Positions 19,233 through 25,634 of a stretch of 25,634 bases of DNA are shown piece by piece. The notes under the pieces were generated by a model, which was not told the DNA's origin, searched no databases, and saw nothing but the letters and a program-made list of their open reading frames with translations. The translations under genes and the position numbers were made by a program. Source of the stretch: Tupaia chinensis (Eukaryota); contig NW_006159706.1 of assembly GCF_000334495.1 (NCBI RefSeq), positions 1,900,211 to 1,925,844 on the forward strand, in the 5' to 3' direction. The number at the start of each line of letters is the position of its first letter. Within the stretch, counting starts at the first letter, position 1.

Positions 19233-19898
19233 CAGATGGGAGCTAGCCGGCCACCCTACCCAGTGCTCCACCGTGACTGCAAGCAGGCCAGGTAAGGGGA
19301 TGCAGTTGAAAACTTCATGTACCAATAGTTTCTGGATCTGTCTGCCATTGCCCTACTTAATGCCCTTCCTCGTTCATCCTATAACGCACCCCCAAGGAGT
19401 GAGATCATTTAAGGCAGCAATGCTCATGGGGACAGGACCCGGCTAAATCAATAGTTAATGGCATTCCACGCAACCATGATGTGGCACTGCGGCAAATTGC
19501 CGAAGTTAGTCAGTGGAGCCACACTGGCCAGGCCGGACTCCTCTCGGGGCCTCTGTATCCTTTCTGGAACATGGAACGTGTGCCCGGTACTAAGACTGTT
19601 GTACAGAACACAGTACAGTCAGTATCGATCAGGTGAAATGAGAGCATGGTGCTAGCTTGTGTTAGAACAGCTCATAGTATGAGTTTTACAATATGGACAT
19701 AGAAAAGTCCAAATGTCCCACCAGGCTCCTTGGCTGCTCCCCCACCTTCTGCCTCATCTCTCCCCAGCTCCCAGCCCGGCACTTGGTGTTTCAGCCACGT
19801 TGACCTAGAACTATCGCTATTTCAATCTCTGCCATTGCCCAGGGTGCCCTCGCCTCCCTGCACTTGTATGCTGTCCCCTCAGCTAAGAATCAATTCTC

Positions 19899-20165
<267 letters not shown>

Positions 20166-20214
20166 AGAATAAAATAAAAAACGAATAATTAAAAAATATA
20201 TCAATTCTCTTGGG

Positions 20215-20430
20215 GCCTGGTCATAGCATATTGAATGGCAATGCTGGGGGCCACATTGGGGTTCAGATCCCCAGGCCCACTCAAAACAAGCCAGATACAT
20301 GTGTGTGCCCAAGACCCAGTGAGCTAGAGGGCTGGGGGAGGGGTTAGGCGCGAGTAGACTCTGACCATGGTGCTTCTCTCTCGCGTACATGCGCACTCAC
20401 TCCCTGTCATGAATAAAATAGGTTTCAAAA
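20215..20430 (+). mobile_element. SINE-like element (divergent long-family variant)
   Basis: 'ggggcctggtcatagcatattgaatggcaatgctgggggccacattggggttcagatccccaggcc...tgtgtgcccaagacccagtgagc...tgtcatgaataaaatagg' shares the tRNA-head / 'gtgcccaaga' body architecture. Confidence 0.45.
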
Positions 20431-20433
20431 AGG

Positions 20434-20608
20434 AGCCAACAGGTGGCATGGTGGTTATGGTTCAGGACTCCCAAGTGGCTGATTGTCGTTTGCGTCCCAG
20501 ACCTGGTGACTTGCTTTCTCATTTTCACTCTCTGGTGAATGCACATGCCCTGTAGCAAATTTTTTAAAATAAATAAATAAAATTAAATATATAAATTCTT
20601 AAAAAACA
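20434..20608 (+). mobile_element. short-family tRNA SINE with long-family-like 3' end
   Basis: 'agccaacaggtggcatggtggttatggttcaggactcccaagtggctgattgtcgtttgcgtcccagacctggtgacttgctttctcattttcactctctggtgaatgcacatgccctgtagcaaatttttt...aaataaataaa'. Confidence 0.75.
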
Positions 20609-20830
20609 GGGCCCACAGATGGTGTAATAGTTACATTGCTGGACTCCTATGTAATTGACTGCAGTTCGAGTCCCGGACCCAGAGGTGTGTTGTGTGTGCA
20701 TGCTCAAGATCCCGAGAGGAGACTGGAGAACGGATTAGGGCATGGCCATCCCTCCGGGGGCGATTTCTCACTTCTGTCCCTCTTGTGAGCACAAACACCC
20801 TATAGCAAAAATCTCTCTCTAAAAAAAGAA
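20609..20830 (+). mobile_element. long-family tRNA SINE
   Basis: 'agggcccacagatggtgtaatagttacattgctggactcctatgtaattgactgcagttcgagtcccggacccagaggtgtgttgtgtgtgcatgctcaagatcccgagaggagactggagaacggattagggcatggccatccctccgggggcgatttctcac...ccctatagcaaaaatc'. Confidence 0.85.
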
Positions 20831-21490
20831 ATCAATCCTTTTCTCTACATTAATCCTTCTCTCTAATCCTCGCCAGTCTTCTATTAAGACACTCCCTTCA
20901 GTTACCTAAGGTGCTAGGGCATCTTCAACTTTGCACTGCCATACCCACAGACACCTCCCTACCTGTACCTGATCACTTCCTGTCCCTACCTGTACCTGTA
21001 TATGACCACTTCCTGTCCTCCCACACCGTCTCCTTCCCAGGGTGGGAAGCCAGTGGCCTAGTTACCACAGGGTCCTCGGCCTAGCACAGGTGTTGAGACT
21101 CAACACATAGCTGATAAATTTCAGCTCTCCCAGACACAAGGGCCCCTTGGCTAAGCTTTATGGGATGAAATGAGTAACATCTGTAAAGTCCCCCCAGCTC
21201 AGGGTCTGGCACATGGCAGGCCCAATCTAGTTTAGAAAGCTGGTGCCAGTCAGCAAGGAAAGCTCACACGGTAGGGGTACCTATTAGGGACAGATGCTCA
21301 GAACAATACCTGGTATGTGACAGGAGCTCCAAACATGCTTAAGGGTCAGCGTTCTACACGTTACTGAGATAAGTCACCTGGAATTTATTAAAACTGCAGA
21401 CCGCTAGGCCCCATCTCTAGAAAGTCTGACTTTAATGGTCTGGTGCAGGGTCCAAGAAGTTGCATAAATAAATAAATAAATAAATATAGT

Positions 21491-21715
21491 CTCACTGGGT
21501 TAGCCCCATGCCCTAGTGGTTAGGACAGCTGGATTGCACATGGCTGACTGTGTGGTTCAAATCCCAGCACAGCAACTTGAAGAATGTGCCAGGCACATGA
21601 GTAATAGGATGAAGAAATGGGGGGTACAGGCCACTGGGGGATGTGCCTTCTCCCTCTCTCTGTTCCTCTCTGGTGAGCACACGTGCTCTCTAGCTAATAA
21701 AAAAAATAAAAATGA
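21491..21715 (+). mobile_element. long-family tRNA SINE variant
   Basis: 'gggttagccccatgccctagtggttaggacagctggattgcacatggctgactgtgtggttcaaatcccagc...ctctctggtgagcacacgtgctctctagctaataaaaaaaataaaaatg'. Confidence 0.65.
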
Positions 21716-21725
21716 GAAAGAAATC

Positions 21726-21832
21726 AACAAACCAAGTTTCGCTACATTGTCCAGGCTGGCCTCAAACTCATGATCTTCCTGCCTCAGCCTCCCAAATGCC
21801 TAGAACCACAGACACATATAACCACACCCAGC
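21726..21832 (-). mobile_element. 7SL-derived (Alu/B1-type) SINE fragment
   Basis: 'gtttcgctacattgtccaggctggcctcaaactcatgatcttcctgcctcagcctcccaaatgcctagaaccacagacacatataaccacacccagc' resembles the reverse complement of the Alu/B1 left-monomer consensus (...ccaggctggtctcgaactcctgacctc...gcctcagcctcccaaagtgctgggattacaggcgtgagccaccgcgcccggc). Confidence 0.6.
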
Positions 21833-21839
21833 AGGAAGC

Positions 21840-22090
21840 TGCCTTTTTTTTTTTTTTTAATTTTGCTATAGGCGCAGGCACTTCCCAGAGACAGGCAGAG
21901 AGGGAGGAAAAGTGAGAAAGGGATGGCCACGCTGCAATCCCTTCTCGTCCATTCTCCTCTTGGGATTTTGGACATGCATGTGCATAGTTCCGATGTGTTT
22001 TTCAAGCTGTTGGGTCCAGGACATGAACCATACGGTCAGGTCAGCCATGTGGGGTCCACCCACCTGAACCACCATGCCACCAGCTAGCCT
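21840..22090 (-). mobile_element. long-family tRNA SINE variant, poly-T tail at low end
   Basis: Poly-T at 21845-21860, then 'tgctataggcgcaggcacttcccagagacaggcagagagggaggaaaagtgagaaagggatggccacgctgcaatcccttctcgtccattctcctcttgggattttgg...' and head reverse-complement 'ggctagctggtggcatggtggttcaggtgggtggaccccacatggctgacctgaccgtatggttcatgtcctggacc'. Confidence 0.75.
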
Positions 22091-22169
22091 GAAGTTCTAT
22101 TTTTAAGAAACATTCTGTAGGTAGTCTAAAGACCATATTCTGAGAAACCAACTGATCTATTCACAAATA

Positions 22170-22175
22170 TTTATT
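22170..22175 (-). terminator. CDIPT: Candidate CDIPT poly(A) signal (AATAAA on the - strand), implying a ~0.85 kb 3'UTR
   Basis: 'tttatt' on the + strand at 22170-22175. It is the only AATAAA-type hexamer between the CDIPT stop and the first downstream SINE. Confidence 0.5.
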
Positions 22176-23019
22176 AAGCAGCTACCATATGCCAGGTTGA
22201 AGTCCTCACTCTAGGGACAGAAAAGGGAACAAGAAGAGCCTGGGCCCTCACAGGGCTTACATTCTAGTGGGAATAGAAAATATCAAGAATACAAGTAAAT
22301 GGTGACAGCCAGTGACAGCAAGTGGGCAGAGGACACGCATGAGCTGGGGTGGCAGCAGGGCCTCCCTCTGAGGTCACTGTGGAAAGACAGCAAGGGGACA
22401 GCCAGTAACTGGGGGAAACAAGCTTTTCTGAGGGAAGCAATCTCCCTTCAACCCAGGCCCTGATCCAACAATGGCTTAAAGGAAACCACATCCAGAATAG
22501 CAAAGCTCCCGGCCTTATTATTGCAGCTTCCAGGGCAAAGGTAGGCAGGATAGAGAAGATGACAATGGGGAAGGTTCTAGATGCCCCCATCCCTCCCAGG
22601 CATGACACCCCAGGCTTCCTCTGGCCAAGGGCAGAGGTCTGACTCCCTTGCCTTTTGGAAAACCTGGCCCTTTCACCATCTCCCTCACTCGAGTGTCCCA
22701 AAAATCTCAGACACCAGGGCTGAGCCAGCGGGGTGTGATAATGCCCAGTCCCGAGACAGACCTCCTGACAGCCCAAAAGCACCGCTTCCCTGGACAGGGC
22801 CTCCTGAGCATCCTTCCTGATTTGAAGCCCAGGTCCTCGAGGCCTGGTCCTCAGGATTACAGAGAACATGGCATCACCAAACAGAGGCTGACCCCCATCC
22901 CGGCAGGTGGGACGACACATGAGGAAGACAGGAGACTGTGGGACCTCCTAGGGGGATGGAAGCTGTGTGGCAGTGAGCCTCTGAGGCCGGTGGGCATTCA
23001 GGGACCAGAGGTGCCAGGG

Positions 23020-23165
23020 TCACTTCTTCTTGGCACGGTCTGCTGCGTCCAGGGCAGCCATGTTGCGGGCAGCCGTGATTAGGTGGATGACGCTGATAAC
23101 GGACTTGAGCAGGGCGATGGGGGTGGTGATCCATAGGCCCATTCGGAAAAGCCCCACGGAGCCGA
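23020..23165 (-). CDS. CDIPT: CDIPT terminal coding exon (VGSVGLFRMGLWITTPIALLKSVISVIHLITAARNMAALDAADRAKKK*), includes TGA stop
   Basis: Acceptor ctgcttcccgcag|TCGGC. Stop TGA is the reverse-complement of 23020-23022. The six exons sum to 642 nt, i.e. 213 aa plus stop, the same length as human CDIPT. Confidence 0.9.
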
Positions 23166-23267
23166 CTGCGGGAAGCAGAGGAGAGGGAGAGGGCCTAGAT
23201 GTCTGAGGCCTTCTCCCAAGGGAGGCTCCCTTGACCCCCAGTCCCCGTTCAGCCCTTTGTCACCTAC

Positions 23268-23349
23268 CCAAAGGCCCCTCGGAGAAGTTGAACAGGTACA
23301 GGAGGCAGTAAAAGAGCTCGTTTCCAGCACACAGAGTGAAGAGAACAGG
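23268..23349 (-). CDS. CDIPT: CDIPT coding exon 5 (PVLFTLCAGNELFYCLLYLFNFSEGPL-), 82 nt
   Basis: Acceptor tgtgtgtgcag|CCTGTT. Donor TTTGG|gtaggtg. Confidence 0.9.
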
Positions 23350-23792
23350 CTGCACACACAGCAAAAGGCTGCTTCAGCTGGAGGCCAGGCAGCGTGGCCC
23401 ATGCCCACCCCAGGAGACCCTTCACACTAGGGGCGGGGGAAGTGTCACCTCAGCATATTACCTCTCTTTCTAGAAATCCTTCCAGAGGCTGCCCATGGTC
23501 CCAGAAGGAAGTCTTCAATGCCCTGAGGCCTTTCCGGCTTCTCTCTCCCTCCCTTGGCCTTCTACCCACTTGGTACTTCTCCCTGGGCGCACAGGGGCCT
23601 CATTCCCACTCGCTGCCTAGAACACCTCACACGGGCCCTCTCCACCCACCTCCCCCTGCATGCCTCAGCTTCCTGGTCCCTCTGCCCGAGACTGGCTGGC
23701 CCTTCTCGGCGCTTGTACCCTCCTCTAAGCTGGACCAGGGTTCAGCCCAGGACATCCCATAAGTGGAGTGAATCCAGAGGGGAAATGCTCAC

Positions 23793-23874
23793 CCTGGAGG
23801 TATAGTAGATCCGAAGCACTGGATTCCCAGACAGGTCGATCATCTTGTGACTCTCACTGCCCCGGACCACAGAA
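23793..23874 (-). CDS. CDIPT: CDIPT coding exon 4 (S-SVVRGSESHKMIDLSGNPVLRIYYTSR), 82 nt
   Basis: Acceptor ttctccccaag|TTCTGTGG. Donor TCCAGG|gtgagc. Confidence 0.9.
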
Positions 23875-24320
23875 CTTGGGGAGAAAACAGGGAGAGCCCA
23901 GGAACTTTCATTCCCCGCCACGGCCATCTAGTCCTATCAACCCTCCAGGTAGGTACTGAGATTGGCCCTTGGTACAGACATGGAACAGGGACACCGCGAG
24001 GACCAGTATCTGGCCCAGCCACACAATTACCTAGTTGGGGGCACAGACAGGATTCAAATGCTGCATTCAAAAGCCCCCATGTCCCTTCCTACGAGCCATC
24101 TGGATTCCTAGCCTATCCATCCAGAAAGCTCCTAGGAATGGCTTAATCCAACTGTGAACTCGATGGAAGCCGATTCAGAGAGCAGGCTTCCCCGGGGTCT
24201 TTCAACATCACAGAGCTAAACGGGAGACCTCTCAAGAAGCCTGAGGCCATCCCAGATCCCACCCATCGATTCCCACCCCTCCCCACTGCAATGTCCTTGA
24301 CACCCCCGGCTGGAGCAGAC

Positions 24321-24474
24321 CTGTGCAGGTGCAGCCAGTGACTGGCTATGTCCAAACTCATGCTGAGCTGGAAGAGCAGGGTGGCTCGGGGGTACAGCAG
24401 GGCCAGGTTGACCAGCAGACACATGGTGGAGCAGCGGTCTGTAAGCATGTCCAGCATGGCCCCAAACTGGGTTC
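24321..24474 (-). CDS. CDIPT: CDIPT coding exon 3 (TQFGAMLDMLTDRCSTMCLLVNLALLYPRATLLFQLSMSLDIASHWLHLH-), 154 nt
   Basis: Acceptor cgtttcag|GAACC. Donor CACAG|gtctgc. Continues the CDP-alcohol phosphotransferase motif (G-x3-D-x3-D). Confidence 0.9.
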
Positions 24475-25083
24475 CTGAAACGCAGGAAGGGGCTGTAAGG
24501 GACCAATGGTTCCCACAGAAGCCCATGTCTGGCGTATGGCTCTGAGGCAGAGGCAAGACATGAAATCAGAGAAGCCCACCACCCACTGCCTGGGAGGGAA
24601 ACAGGCTGCCCTCAGCGGAGTGTGAAGGCAAGGGTCACCAGCACGGGAAATGTGAAGCCGTGAGCGTGAGTGCACAGGGACAGAGTTGGAGGGGCTGAGC
24701 TCCCTAACTCTCTAATCCCAGAGCCAAGGCTCCAGGGCCAGAGAGGGAGACTGGAAGTCTTAGGGGACGTCTGAAAGGTGGGTCTGGAGAACAGATGAAG
24801 CCATCCCCCTCCCCACCGTCCTTCTGAATCCCTTACTATGCAGTGGGTCCCAGTAAACACCTGTTGAATGGATTTTGACTCAGAGACCCTAGCACCAAGG
24901 CTAGGTCTCACTCCTCTCATGAGGGAATTTAAATTCCTTTTGCTAAAAAACCAGGCTGTTCTGTTCTGCTTTGTACAGAGAGAAGAATGACAGAGCCTTC
25001 TGACTCTGAGGTCCTCAGGAGGCAAGAAAAGGGGACAGAGGGTTGTTGGGGCCCAAGGCTGGCTGGGAGGGGGTGTCTGTCAC

Positions 25084-25218
25084 CTTGGTTAAGGGCTCGG
25101 GCAGCATGTCCATCGAAAGCGTCCAGAAGCCCGCTGAGCAGGTAGAAGGAGGAGGCCGTAAGGGGGCAGCAGGGCATGAAGTAGAAAGAAATGATGGCGA
25201 AGACAATCCGGGCATAAC
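25084..25218 (-). CDS. CDIPT: CDIPT coding exon 2 (G-YARIVFAIISFYFMPCCPLTASSFYLLSGLLDAFDGHAARALNQ-G), 135 nt
   Basis: Acceptor ccattccaag|GT (reverse-complement 'ct' at 25219-25220). Donor CAAG|gtgacag. Contains the CDP-alcohol phosphotransferase motif region D-G-x2-A-R. Confidence 0.9.
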
Positions 25219-25259
25219 CTTGGAATGGGGACGAGGGGGGAGACAAGGCGGGATCAGGG

Positions 25260-25634
25260 AGCCTGCCCAGGACCCCTTGCCCTCCAGCTCGGCCCGAGGC
25301 CGCGGGCAGCACTCACCGATGAGGTTAGGCACGAACAGGAAGATATTTTCTTCTGCCATCCTGGCGGTCCCTTTGTCGCCCCCGGCCTGCTCTGGAGATG
25401 CCAGTGCTGTCCCAGCCCAGTCGTGCGGCTTCACCCTCCGGCCGGGTGCATCGGCCGCGCCAACTGCGTACTGGACCCCGCAACCCCCGCCCCGCCCCAG
25501 GTGTTAAAGCTCGCAGCCCGCCAGAGCATGGGCCGACCCAGATGTGCGCGGGCCGCAGGGGCGCGCACACCCCGCCCTTCCGACCGACAGCCCCTCGCCT
25601 CGGTCAGCCCTTCGGGCTCTCCAGCCTACGACAC
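25260..25634 (-). promoter_or_regulatory. CDIPT: CDIPT CpG-island promoter / 5'UTR region with GC boxes (ccccgcccc), TATA-less
   Basis: Very high CpG density spanning exon 1 and the upstream sequence. Tandem Sp1-like GC boxes at ~25481-25498 and ~25570-25577. No TATA box. The island continues beyond the window end. Confidence 0.6.
25317..25359 (-). CDS. CDIPT: CDIPT coding exon 1 (MAEENIFLFVPNLI-G), ATG at 25357-25359 on the - strand
   Basis: Kozak-like gccaggATGG. Donor ATCG|gtgagt (reverse-complement 'actcac' at 25311-25316). Matches the N-terminus of CDP-diacylglycerol--inositol 3-phosphatidyltransferase. Confidence 0.88.

Noticed and set aside
22264-22920. 218-aa ORF on the - strand immediately downstream of the CDIPT stop codon
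   Set aside because: It lies within the inferred CDIPT 3'UTR on the same strand. It has no protein similarity I can recognise, a Pro/Gly/Ser-rich composition typical of GC-rich UTRs, and no upstream splice acceptor linking it to CDIPT exon 6. It is most likely non-coding 3'UTR.

Overview
This is mammalian nuclear DNA, not prokaryotic. The window holds the 3' two-thirds of the major vault protein gene (MVP, + strand): 8 coding exons, stop codon and poly(A) signal, covering roughly residues 304 to the C-terminus. After a ~13.4 kb intergenic spacer saturated with SINEs comes the complete coding region of CDIPT (phosphatidylinositol synthase, - strand): 6 coding exons totalling 642 nt (213 aa), a poly(A) signal and a CpG-island promoter at the window edge. 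The two genes are arranged tail-to-tail, as in the conserved MVP-CDIPT pair of human 16p11.2. Most of the non-coding sequence (MVP introns and the spacer) consists of tRNA-derived SINEs from a few related families: a ~250-bp 'long' form, a ~150-bp 'short' form and a third family with a 'ggctggctgaggctgg' core. Old MIR fragments, one 7SL-derived (Alu/B1-like) fragment, and several long purine/pyrimidine microsatellites are also present. The species cannot be named from sequence alone; the SINE repertoire is neither primate nor murine. I found no evidence of a novel gene system. The long non-genic ORFs are explained by GC-rich alternate frames, microsatellites or SINE bodies.
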